Assembly (NCBI GenBank): GCA_028826165.1
Contig: JAPDFW010000057.1
Location: 310,001 to 374,000 of the forward strand
Reading direction: 5' to 3'
DNA length: 64,000 nt
Source of the DNA: Anaeramoeba ignava BMAN
Taxonomy: Eukaryota; Protista; Anaeramoebae
A program made the position numbers and the translations under genes. Under the pieces are notes generated by a model. The model was given only the letters and a program-made list of their open reading frames with translations, had not been told where the DNA came from and did no database searches. Of the stretch, positions 13,881 through 25,945 are shown piece by piece. Each line of letters opens with the position of its first letter. Within the stretch, counting starts at the first letter, position 1.

Positions 13881-15449
13881 TTAATGATAATTTTCTTTAA
13901 GTGCAGTATTTAATATTTCTTCTAAATGATCTAAATTAATTATTAAATCATTTCCACTTTCTTCTGCATAATCTAACCAATATTCATTTCCAGTTATATG
14001 TGATATCCAATAAAACATTGAAAGATCTCCAAAAAATTGTTTTCCTTGAAATTCAATAATAATTGGATGAGATGAAGTAAATAATAAATTATAAAAAGCT
14101 CCTCCATGTGATCCAATTATAACTTTAGCTTTGGAGAAATATTCAACTAATTCTTTTAAATTTTCATGTTCTTTATGTGAAAAAATTTTGAATTTATTTC
14201 CAAATCTTTTTCTTAAATAATTTTCAACTTCTTCATTATTTATAACATTTCTTCCATTATAATTATTAACTCTTGGTAAATAAATAATATTTTCTTGTTG
14301 ATAATTTGGAATTTCTTCATTTGATTTGATTTTTAATATATTTTTAACTAAAAATGTTTTTATTTCTTGAAATTTTCTTGGATGAATAAATGGAATATTG
14401 CAAATTATTAATAATTTATCAATTTTATAAGTAATTGAAGGATCATAAACTTCAAGTTTAACATTAAAATCTTCTTTAACAAAATTTAATAATTTATAAG
14501 GAATTTCTTGCATATTTGAATCAACAAGAAGAGTCCATCCTTTATCTTTGATAAAAGGTCTTATTCTTATTAATGATCCTAATACTCTATCAATCCAATG
14601 TTGAAAAGCAGTTGAATGTTCAGCAATAGCTAATACAACTTTTTCCATATATTTGATATTATTTGAATTTGGTATTTCGAAATCTTTAATTTTAAAACCA
14701 TAAGGAGTGCAATTAGGAAATGATTGAAAAGAATAATCTTTGAAATAAGTTATATTTCCAAGTGAATTTATAGATGAATTGAAAACCATTTGTTCTTTTT
14801 CTTTATCAAAAATTTGTTCATATCTCTTTTGATGAAAATCATTTACAAATCTTTTAAATGCTTTATTATTTAGGAAATGAGGTAAATTTAAAGCAAAAGA
14901 ACCATAAAAAAATTGATATTTGATTTGATTTTGTGAAATGAATTGTTTTTGATATTTTAATGATTTATTATAATTTGGATAATCAATAAATCTAATAGAT
15001 TCATTATCATAAAATGAATAAGGATCTTCATAATTAATTAAATCAAAATCAAAATCAAAAATAAAATGAAGTATTTGAAGTTGAACTATTCAATGATTTA
15101 TTTTCATTTTTTAATTCTTTAATTTCTTTTTCAATTCCAAAAATTGAATTTTGAACATGAATAAATTCTTTTATAGTAATTTCTTTGGTTTTATTCTTTT
15201 CTAATTTTGGGAATTCATCTAAAATTTATTTAATTATTTATTATTAAATTTTTTATTAAATTTTTTAATTTAAATTTATTTTTCAATTTTAATTTTACAT
15301 TGAGTATCATTTATTAAAAAATTGAAAAGATAAAAAGTAATAAAAAAGCTAATTAATATTAATATTGATATTAATATTAATAATAAAATAAAACATTTAT
15401 TTTGAAATGTTCTTTTTGGATAATTTGCTTCTTTTGGATTATCTTCCAT
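13881..15449 (-). CDS. GT61 (DUF563)-like type II membrane glycosyltransferase, copy 1 (intron 15219-15298; homopolymer frameshift near 15060)
   Basis: N-terminal TM exon; FQHW, R.V.N.EE, FSKAKVIIGSHGGAFYNLLF, IIEF motifs. Confidence 0.8.
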
Positions 15450-15716
15450 TTATAAAATAAAAAATAAATGAAAGGAAAAAAAGTGAAAAGAAAAATTTTT
15501 TTTAAAATGAAAAATTTTTTCTTTTATTCTCTTTAATAATTTTGTTATTTATATTTGACACTTTTATTTATTCAATTTTTAAATAATAATTTTTAAATAA
15601 ATTTTTTTTTTTAATTTAAATTTTAATTTAAAAAATAAAATAAGATTTATTATTTTTCTAAATAATATAATATCAAAAAAAACAACATATAATTTGAAAA
15701 AAAAATATTTTAATAA

Positions 15717-16202
15717 TCAATTTATTTGATTAGGAGGAGTTGAAACCTAATAAAAATAAAGAAGAAAATAAACAAATTAATTTTTGAAAAAAAGGAAAAC
15801 AATTTTTTAAAAAATTTTTTTTACCCATTTTCCATTTTGATCAGAATTCCAACGATATTCACTCATATTGTTTTCAACATAAATCATTGTAAACTCACCA
15901 ATTCTTGAAACACTTCCATATTTACTTGTATATAAAACAAGTTGGTCTTTATATAAAAAAGTATAACCTCCTGTTAAAAATAAAATATCTCCTTCTTTAA
16001 TATATGAACAATCATAATCCCATATTGTAAATTGTATTGCTGCTGTTTCATCTGCAACAAGAAAGGTTGATAATGTTTGACTATGTTGTGTTTGGAAGGT
16101 TTTTCTCTTTTCTAAAACAATAAAAGTGATTGTAATATTTCTAAGTTTTGGTTGAAGATCTTTAATTTTGATTGTTAAATTTTCATTTTTAGAAGATTTC
16201 AT
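15717..16202 (-). CDS. NABP: SOSS-B/NABP-like ssDNA-binding protein, copy 2
   Basis: Near-identical inverted copy of 13295-13782 with the same intron. Confidence 0.88.
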
Positions 16203-16336
16203 TATATAAAAATAATTTAAAAAAAATAATTTAAAAGAAATTAAAATTAAAAAATAAAAATTAAAATAAAAAATTAAATAAAAAAATTTAAATAAAAAAA
16301 TTTCATTTTTTTTCTTCTTCTTTTTTTAAATAAAAA

Positions 16337-17350
16337 ATGAAAGTTAAAGAAATCCAAAATAACAATGAATTCCAATTAAAATTTAATCGCAAAACAACAT
16401 ATACACTTATTTTCATTTTTTTTATTTTATCATTTACATTTTTTTTACTTTTAAAATCAACTCAAAATAAGAATGAAAATGAAAATCAAAATGAAAATCA
16501 AAATGAAAAGGAAAAGGAAATTAAAAATAAAAAACAAAATTGGGATTTAAAAAAAGAAAAAATATGTATTTTAATGGTTGATGATCGAACTTTAGGAAAG
16601 AATTTTGATTTTTCATCAAACAAACAAATTCCTTTTTTTCATACATCAATTTTTGCAAATTCTTTCTATTCAAAATATCATGGATATGATTTCTACAGAA
16701 TAGATTCCAACAATAAAATCAATGATTCGAGGAAATTACTAAATTTATTTCAAGAGCATCCAACCAAACAAAGAACAAGTTATTGGAATAAATTAAAGAT
16801 AATTTGTCTTATGATGAATTATTATGATTATGAAATTATTTTATATTTAGATAGTGATGCTGTTTTTTTTGATTTTGAAAAAACAATCGAAGATTTTATT
16901 GTGGAAAATGTTAATTATTCAGAAAATATCTCTTTGATATTAACCAAAGATCTTGAAATCTCACTTGATTATGTAAATACAGGAGTACTTATATTTATCA
17001 ACAATGATTTCTCAAAGAAAATGATACTTGATTGGTATAACCTTCCTATAACAAATCCTGGTTTCGAATTTTCGCTAAATGTTGGATCATCAGAGCAGCC
17101 TGCAATGGGAGAATATATGTACAAAACTGAACCTTGGGAATCACACATTCATATTCTTCCTCTTAATACAACAAATGGTCCTGATGGTGAATTTATTAGA
17201 CATTTTTGGGGTGCAGTTCCTTGGGAAGAAAGAAATGATCAAATATTCCAAATTTTTATTAATTATTCTTATCATTTTCATAATTTTCTTGAACAAATTC
17301 AATCTCAAAATTTTTCATCTCAAATTTCTAAATTTATTGATAATTCTTAA
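16337..17350 (+). CDS. GT34 (GMA12/MNN10-like) glycosyltransferase, copy 1
   Basis: N-terminal TM anchor; YSKYHGY, WNKL, YLDSDA (DxD), NTGV, EQ, FIRHFWG. Confidence 0.8.
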   Translation: MKVKEIQNNNEFQLKFNRKTTYTLIFIFFILSFTFFLLLKSTQNKNENENQNENQNEKEKEIKNKKQNWDLKKEKICILMVDDRTLGKNFDFSSNKQIPFFHTSIFANSFYSKYHGYDFYRIDSNNKINDSRKLLNLFQEHPTKQRTSYWNKLKIICLMMNYYDYEIILYLDSDAVFFDFEKTIEDFIVENVNYSENISLILTKDLEISLDYVNTGVLIFINNDFSKKMILDWYNLPITNPGFEFSLNVGSSEQPAMGEYMYKTEPWESHIHILPLNTTNGPDGEFIRHFWGAVPWEERNDQIFQIFINYSYHFHNFLEQIQSQNFSSQISKFIDNS

Positions 17351-17447
17351 ATTGAAAAAGAATAAATTTTCATTCCACATTTTTTTTAATCATTTTCAAG
17401 AATTTTTCAATTTAAAAAAAAATAAAAAGAATTTGGAATAATATTTA

Positions 17448-19000
17448 TTAATGATAATTTTCTTTAAGTGCAGTATTTAATATTTCTTCTAAATGATCTA
17501 AATTAATAATTAAATCATTTTCACTTTCTTCTGCATAATCTAACCAATATTCATTTCCAGTTGTATGTGATATCCAATAAAACATTGAAAAATCTCCAAA
17601 AATCGTTTTCCTTGAAATTCAATAATAATTGGATGAGATGAAGCAAATAATAAATTATAAAAAGCTCCTCCATGTGATCCAATTATAACTTTAGCTTTGG
17701 AGAAATATTCAACTAATTCTTTTAAGTTTTCATGTTCTTTATGTGAAAAAATTTTGAATTTATTTCCAAATCTTTTTCTTAAATAATTTTCAACTTCTTC
17801 ATTATTTATAACATTTCTTCCATTATAATTATTAACTCTTGGTAAATAAATAATATTTTCTTGTTGATAATTTGGAATTTCTTCATTTGATTTGATTTTC
17901 AATATATTTTTAACTAAAAATGTTTTTATTTCTTGAAATTTTCTTGGATGAACAAATGGAATATTACAAATTATTAATAATTTATCAATTTTATAAGTAA
18001 TTGAAGGATCATAAACTTCAAGTTTAACATTAAAATCTTCTTTAACAAGATTTAATAATTTATAAGGAATTTCTTGCATATTTGAATCAACAAGAAGAGT
18101 CCATCCTTTATCTTTGATAAAAGGTCTTATTCTTATTAATGATCCTAATACTCTATCAATCCAATGTTGAAAAGCAGTTGAATGTTCAGCAATAGCTAAT
18201 ACAACTTTTTCCATATATTTGATATTATTTGAATTTGGTATTTCGAAATCTTTAATTTTCAAACCATAAGGAGTGCAATTAGGAAATGATTGAAAAGAAT
18301 AATTTTTGAAATAAGTTATATTTCCAAGTGAATTTATAGATGAATTGAAAACCATTTGTTCTTTTTCTTTATCAAAAATTTGTTCATATCTTGTTTGATG
18401 AAAATCATTTACAAATCTTTTAAATGCTTTATTATTTAGGAAATGAGGTAAATTTAAAGCAAAAGAACCATAAAAAAATTGATATTTGATTTGATTTTGT
18501 GAAATGAATTGTTTTTGATATTTTAATGATTTATTATAATTTGGATAATCAATAAATCTAATAGATTCATTATCATAAAATGAATAAGGATCTTCATAAT
18601 TAATTAAATCAAAATCAAAATCAAAATAAAATGAATTATTTGAAGTTGAACTATCCAATGATTTATTTTCATTTTTTAATTCTTTAATTTCTTTTTCAAT
18701 TCCAAAAATTGAATTTTGAACATGAATAAATTCTTTTATAGTAATTTCTTTGGTTTTATTCTTTTCTAATTTTGGGAATTCATCTAAAATTTATTTATTA
18801 TTTATTTATTTTATTTTTATTAAATTTTTTAATTTTAATTTAAATTTACATTGAGTATCATTTATTAAAAAATTGAAAAGATAAAAAGTAATAAAAAAGC
18901 TAATTAATATTAATATTGATATTAATATTAATAATAAAATAAAACATTTATTTTGAAATGTTCTTTTTGGATAATTTGCTTCTTTTGGATTATCTTCCAT
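17448..19000 (-). CDS. GT61-like glycosyltransferase, copy 2 (homopolymer frameshift near 17600)
   Basis: ORFs 18806-19000 and 17540-18658 are near-identical to copy 1. Confidence 0.8.
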
Positions 19001-19260
19001 TTATAAAATAAAAAATAAAAATAAAAAGTGAAAAGAAAAATTTTTTTTTAAAATGAAAAATTTTTTCTTTTATTCTCTTTAATAATTTTGTTATTTATAT
19101 TTGACACTTTTATTTATTCAATTTTTAAATAATATTTTTTAAATAAATTTTTTATTTTATTTAAATTTTAATTTAAAAAATAAAATAAGATTTATTATTT
19201 TTCTAAATAATATAATATCAAAAAAACAACATATAATTTGAAAAAAAAATATTTTAATAA

Positions 19261-19747
19261 TCAATTTATTTGATTAGGAGGAGTTGAAACCTAATAAAAA
19301 TAAAGAAGAAAATAAACAAATTAATTTTTGAAAAAAAGGAAAACAATTTTTTAAAAAAATTTTTTTTACCCATTTTCCATTTTGATCAGAATTCCAACGA
19401 TATTCACTCATATTGTTTTCAACATAAATCATTGTAAACTCACCAATTCTTGAAACACTTCCATATTTACTTGTATATAAAACAAGTTGGTCTTTATATA
19501 AAAAAGTGTAACCTCCTGTTAAAAATAAAATATCTCCTTCTTTAATATATGAACAATCATAATCCCATATTGTAAATTGTATTGCTGCTGTTTCATCTGC
19601 AACAAGAAAGGTTGATAATGTTTGACTATGTTGTGTTTGGAAGGTTTTTCTCTTTTCTAAAACAATAAAAGTGATTGTAATATTTCTAAGTTTTGGTTGA
19701 AGATCTTTAATTTTAATTGTTAAATTTTCATTTTTAGAAGATTTCAT
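19261..19747 (-). CDS. NABP: SOSS-B/NABP-like ssDNA-binding protein, copy 3
   Basis: Same exon-1 protein as copy 2, same intron and last exon. Confidence 0.88.
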
Positions 19748-19869
19748 TATATAAAAATAATTTAAAAAAAATGATTTAAAAGAAATTAAAATTAAAAAAT
19801 AAAAAATTAAATTAAAAATTTAAATTAAAAAAATTTCATTTTTTTTCTTCTTCTTTTTTTAAATAAAAA

Positions 19870-20883
19870 ATGAAAGTTAAAGAAATCCGAAATAACAATG
19901 AATTCCAATTAAAATTTAATCGCAAAACAACATATGCACTTATTTTCATTTTTTTTATTTTATCATTTACATTTTTTTTACTTTTAAAATCAACTCAAAT
20001 TAAGAATGAAAATGAAAATCAAAATGAAAATCAAAATGAAAATGAAAAGGAAATTAAAAATAAAAAACAAAATTGGGATTTAAAAAAAGAAAAAATATGT
20101 ATTTTAATGGTTGATGATCGAACTTTAGGAAAGAATTTTGATTTTTCATCAAACAAACAAATTCCTTTTTTTCATACATCAATTTTTGCAAATTCTTTCT
20201 ATTCAAAATATCATGGATATGATTTCTACAGAATAGATTCCAACAATAAAATCAATGATTCGAGGAAATTACTAAATTTATTTCAAGAAGCACCAAATTT
20301 AGTTAGATTACCTCCTTGGAGTAAATTAAAGATGATTTATCTTATGATGAATTATTATGATTATGAAATTATTTTATATTTAGATAGTGATTCTGTTTTT
20401 TTTGATTTTGAAAGAACAATTGAAGATTTCATTGTGGAAAATGTTAATTATTCAGAAAATATCTCTTTGATATTAACAAGAGATAGGGATGTTGTATCTG
20501 ATTATGTAAATTCAGGAGTACTTATATTTATCAACAATGATTTCTCAAAGAAAATGATACTTGATTGGTATAATCTCCCTATAACAATTCCTGATTTCCA
20601 ATATTCAATCAACGGAGGAGCAGCAGAACAAACTCCTATGGGTCAATATATGTATAAAACTGAACCTTGGAAATCACACATTCATATTCTTCCTCTTAAT
20701 ACAACAAATGGTCCTGATGGTGAATTTATTAGACATTTTTGGGGTGCAGTTCCTTGGGAAGAAAGAAGTGATCAAATATTCCAAATTTTTATTAATTATT
20801 CTTATCATTTTCATAATTTTCTTGAACAAATTCAATCTCAAAATTTTTCATCTCAAATTTCTAAATTTATTGATAATCCTTAA
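19870..20883 (+). CDS. GT34-like glycosyltransferase, copy 2
   Basis: 337-aa paralog of 16337-17350; WSKL, YLDSDS, NSGV. Confidence 0.8.
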   Translation: MKVKEIRNNNEFQLKFNRKTTYALIFIFFILSFTFFLLLKSTQIKNENENQNENQNENEKEIKNKKQNWDLKKEKICILMVDDRTLGKNFDFSSNKQIPFFHTSIFANSFYSKYHGYDFYRIDSNNKINDSRKLLNLFQEAPNLVRLPPWSKLKMIYLMMNYYDYEIILYLDSDSVFFDFERTIEDFIVENVNYSENISLILTRDRDVVSDYVNSGVLIFINNDFSKKMILDWYNLPITIPDFQYSINGGAAEQTPMGQYMYKTEPWKSHIHILPLNTTNGPDGEFIRHFWGAVPWEERSDQIFQIFINYSYHFHNFLEQIQSQNFSSQISKFIDNP

Positions 20884-20981
20884 ATTGAAAAAGAATAAAT
20901 TTTCATTCCACATTTTTTTCAATCATTTTCAAGAATTTTTCCAATTTAAAAAAAAATAAAAAGAATTTGGAATAATATTTA

Positions 20982-22519
20982 TTAATGATAATTTTCTTTA
21001 AGTGCAATATTTAATATTTCTTCTAAATGATCTAAATTAATTATTAAATCATTTCCACTTTCTTCTGCATAATCTAACCAATATTCATTTCCAGTTGTAT
21101 GTGATATCCAATAAAACATTGAAAGTGTACCAGGAAAGGGTTTTCCTTGAAATTCAATAATAATTGGATGAGATAAAGTAAATAATAAATTATAAAAAGC
21201 TCCTCCATGTGATCCAATTATAACTTTAGCTTTGGAGAAATATTCAATTAATTCTTTTAAATTTTCATGTTCTTTATGTGAAAAAATTTTAAATTTATTT
21301 CCAAATCTTTTTCTTAAATAATTTTCAACTTCTTCATTATTTATAACATTTCTTCCATTATAATTATTAACTCTTGGTAAATAAATGATATTTTCTTGTT
21401 GATAATTTGGAATTTCTTCATTTGATTTGATTTTTAATATATTTTTAACTAAAAATGTTTTTATTTCTTGAAATTTTCTTGGATGAACAAATGGAATATT
21501 ACAAATTATTAATAATTTATCAATTTTATAAGTAATTGAAGGATCATAAACTTCAAGTTTAACATTAAAATCTTCTTTAACAAAATTTAATAATTTATAA
21601 GGAATTTCTTGCATATTCGAATCAATAAGAAGAGTCCATCCTTTATCTTTAATAAAAGGTCTTATTCTTATTAATGATCCTAATACTCTATCAATCCAAT
21701 GTTGAAAAGCAGTTGAATAATGAGCCATAGCTAATACAACTTTTTCCATATGTTTGATATTATTTGAATTTGGTATTTTGAAATCTTTAATTTTAAAACC
21801 CTCAGGAGTGCAATTAGGAAATGATTGAAAAGAATAATTTTTGAAATAAGTTATATTTCCAAGTGAATTTATAGATGAATTGAAAACCATTTGTTGATTT
21901 TTTTCATCAAAAATTTGTTTAAATCTTCTTTGTTGATCGTTATCCACAAATCTTTTAAATGCTTTATTATTTAGGAAATGAGGTAAATTTAAAGCAAAAG
22001 AACCATAAAAAAATTGATATTTGATTTGATTTTGTGAAATGAATTGTTTTTGATATTTTAATGATTTATTATAATTTGGATAATCAATAAATCTAATAGA
22101 TTCATTATCATAAAATGAATAAGGATCTTCATAATTAATTAAATCAAAATCAAAATCAAAATAAAATGAAGTATTTGAAGTTGAACTATTTAATGATTTA
22201 TTTTCATTTTTTAATTCTTTAATTTCTTTTTCAATTCCAAAAATTGAATTTTGAACATGAATAAATTCTTTTATAGTAATTTCTTTGGTTTTATTCTTTT
22301 CTAATTTTGGGAATTCATCTAAAATTTATTAAATTTTTTAATTTATTAAATTTTTTATTTATTATTAAATTTTTAATTTAAATTTACATTGAGTATCATT
22401 TATTAAAAAATTGAAAAGATAAAAAGTAATAAAAAGCTAATTAATATTAATATTAAAATAAAACATTTATTTTGAAATGTTCTTTTTGAATAATTTGTTT
22501 TTCTTGGATTATCTTCCAT
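20982..22519 (-). CDS. GT61-like glycosyltransferase, copy 3 (indels in exon 1)
   Basis: ORF 20982-21947 plus upstream sequence collinear with copies 1 and 2. Confidence 0.8.
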
Positions 22520-22614
22520 TTATAAAATAAAAAAAAATGAAAGGAAAAAATGAAAAAAAATTTTTTTTAATTGTTTGAAAAGTAAATTTTTGATTTTTAT
22601 TAAATCTATTTGAA

Positions 22615-22646
<32 letters not shown>

Positions 22647-22666
22647 AGGAAAGAAAGAAAATCAAT

Positions 22667-25600
22667 TTAATCATTTTGTTTTTTTTTTTTCTTATTAAAA
22701 AATTGTTTGAGTTTATCTTTTATTAAACGATAACCAGTGAAAGCAACATAAACACCAGCAACATAAACAACACCAATCAATAAAATGAATAAATCGAATA
22801 ATTTTGATTTAACAGTGAGAATATTTAAAATAGCTTGAGAAGTTTTAAAATATTTAGTTTTGATTTTAAGATTAATAGGAAAAGTTTCTTTTTTGGATTC
22901 AATTCCAAATTGATCAAAAGAATTTTGGATAATTTGCAAGAATTGGTCGTCTTCATTCATAAAAGGGATAAATTTAGGATATTGAGATATTGATTGTTGG
23001 AAGAGATCAATTAGTAATAAATTTGGTTGATATTTTTGATCAAATAGTGAATATTCTTGTGGATCATTTTCTTGATTTTCTTTTTCTGAATCAATTTTGA
23101 GTTTTTCGCCTGTTTGATAAATTAAATGTGATAAAGAGCTTAAAATTATGTTTGTTGTTGTTGATATTAATTCGGGCTTGATTTCTCTTGTGTTTGAAAT
23201 GATACTTCCTGTATGTAATTTTGATTCTGGGTTTTTTATACTTGATAATGTTGCTGAAGGAATGTGTTTTCGAGTGAAAAGTTCATGTTCCCAAGAAATT
23301 ACTGGATTATTTTTATCAATTTGAGTTTTAATTAATTCTATTTGGATATTCATTTGTTTGCAAGAATATTTGAGGAACTAAATTTATTTTGATATATGAA
23401 TAAATATTAAAAATTAAATATTTTTATATTTTAATATTTTTATATTTTAATAATTTTATATTTTTATATTTTAATATTTTTATATTTTTATATTTTTATA
23501 TTTTAATATTTTAATATTTTAATATTTTTATATTTTTATATTTTTATATTTTTATATTTTTATATTTTTATATTTTTATATTTTTAATATTTTTATATTT
23601 TATATTTTTATATTTTAATATTTTTATATTTACTTCATAAAAGTTTTGCAATTCTTTATTTTCCAAACTTGAATCAGCAACGTGAAAGAATAATTTTTGA
23701 GGAGAATCAGATAAAGTTGATTCAAAAATAGAATCAATAGAAAGAACAAATTGAACAGAATCAAGAAATCGTTTATCAAGAGAATTCAACCATTTTTTTG
23801 AACCATGATAATTAAAATTTGAACCAGCACCATTAATAACAAACATTAAATCAAAAACTGAAGTAGTTTCTTGAATTTGATAAAGTTGACTAAAAATACG
23901 TGAAAGTTCGATAATAATATTAATTCCAGTATTTGATTTTCCTTTTGCAAGACTTGGTGCTGCTGAAAATGAATCAAATGTTGTTGAAATAATTATTGTT
24001 GGATTTTTTTCTTTTTTTTCTTTTTTTTCATTTTCATTTTCGGTTATTTTTGATGTCAAAATTCCTTGAATTGAATAACTTTTTAAATCTTGAATAACTG
24101 TTGGTTTATCTCCTTTAATTTCAATTAAATAATTTTCTGAAAAAGTTGTTTTTCTTTTGGATTCATTTATTATTTCTATTAATTCTTTTGCTTGATTTTC
24201 AAATGTGAAATAAACTGCTGATCTAAATTCAATACTTGATATTTTTTCTTCAATTTTACCCCATTTTTCTTGAATTTTTAGTGGAATTGATTGATTTGAA
24301 TCTGGGAGGATTATAAGTATTCCATTTGCCATTCCTTTTGTTGCTAGTTCATCGATACTATAAAATTAAAATCAAAATTAATATAAAATTAAATATAAAA
24401 TTAATTTATAAAATTATTATAAAAAATTATATATAAAATTATTTATAAAATTATTTTATTATATAAAATTATTTATAAAAATTAATATATAAAAATTATA
24501 AAATTTATAAAATTTTATTTATAAAATTATTTATAAAATTATTTATAAAATTATTTTAAAATTATTTATAAAAATTATATATAAAATTATTTATAAAATT
24601 ATTTTATTAAAATAAAATTTTATAAAATTAAAATATAAAATTATATATAAAATTTTTATAAAATTATTTATAAAAATTAATATATAAAATTATTTATAAA
24701 ATTAATTTATATAAAATTATTTATAAAAATTATTTATAAAATTAATATAAAATATAAAAATTTTATTAATATATAAAATTATTTATAAAATTATTTATAA
24801 AATTAAAAATTATATAAAATTATTTTTTATAAAATTATTTTATAAAATTATTTATAAAATTATTTATAAAATTATTTATAAAAATTATTTATAAAATTAT
24901 TTATAAAATTATTTATAAAATTATTTAAAAATATTTATAAAATTATTTATAAAAATTTTAAAAAATTATTTTATAAAATTTATAAATTTTATAAAATTAT
25001 ATATAAAATTATATATAAAAATTTTATTTATTAAAATTATTTATAAAATTATTTATAAAAAATTATTTATAAAATTATTTATAAAAAATTATTTATAAAA
25101 TTATTTATAAAATTATTTATTATTTAAATTATTTATAAAATTATTTTATAAAATTATTTATAAAATTATTTATAAAATTATTTATAAAATTATTTATAAA
25201 ATTATTTATAAAATTATTTATAAAATTATTTATAAAATTATTTATAAAATTATTTATAAAATTATTTATAAAATTATTTATAAAATTATTTATAAAATTA
25301 TTTATAAAATTATAAAATTAAATATAAAATTATTTATAAAATTATTTATAAAATTATTTATAAAATTATTTATAAAATTAATATATAAAATTAATTTATA
25401 AAATTATTTATAAAATTTATAAAAAATGTTTGGAATTAGATTACTCAATATCAAGTAAATCATTCATCATGAAAATTGCTATCTTTCCTTTAAAACATTT
25501 AAATACTCCATCTTGACATGATTCAATTGATTTAAATGATAAAGAATTTAAACTAATTACTTGTGAACCAAATTGTTGACCTTTTTTTTCATATTGAATT

Positions 25601-25692
25601 AATCTAAAAACTGGAAAAGAATTATTTGCTTTTAAAGATTGAATTAAAAAGAAAAAAGAAAATGAAAGAAAAATAATTAAAGAAAATTTCAT
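22667..25692 (-). CDS. NCLN: Nicalin (introns 23378-23633, 24358-25444)
   Basis: Signal peptide, VFRLIQYE..GQQFGS, GILIILP, FDSFSAAPSLAKG, FNYHGSKKWL, WEHELF...IPSATLSS, VKSKLFDL + C-terminal TM. Confidence 0.9.
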
Positions 25693-25945
25693 TTTTTAAT
25701 TTTTAAATGAAAAGGAAAAAAATGAAAAAAATTTTTTTTTAAATTAAAAAAATTTAATAAGAAAAAAAAAAAAGGAGAAAAAAAAAAATATTAAAAAGAA
25801 AAAAGAAAGTTTTATTTTGAAAATTTTTTCCAAAATAAAAAATAAAAACGAAATAAACTGGACTTAAAACGACTTTCTACAACAAACAATGAGAAAGAAA
25901 AAGAAGGAGAAGATTTAAAAAGAATAAGAAAAAAAGGGAAAAAAA

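Larger units (their letters stand above)
15600..22520. repeat. Tandem segmental duplication, unit about 3.54 kb (SSB-, GT34+, GT61-) x2
   Basis: Gene starts are offset by 3533-3545 bp; intergenic DNA and introns are also near-identical. Confidence 0.92.

Noticed and set aside
15050-22440. Frameshifts in all three GT61 copies as programmed phase variation
   Set aside because: Each is a single-base change in an A/T homopolymer at a different site, the typical long-read error; it cannot be supported without reads.
22613-22660. (GAAA)n run at the edge of the duplicated block
   Set aside because: Ordinary microsatellite; no evidence that it marks the breakpoint.
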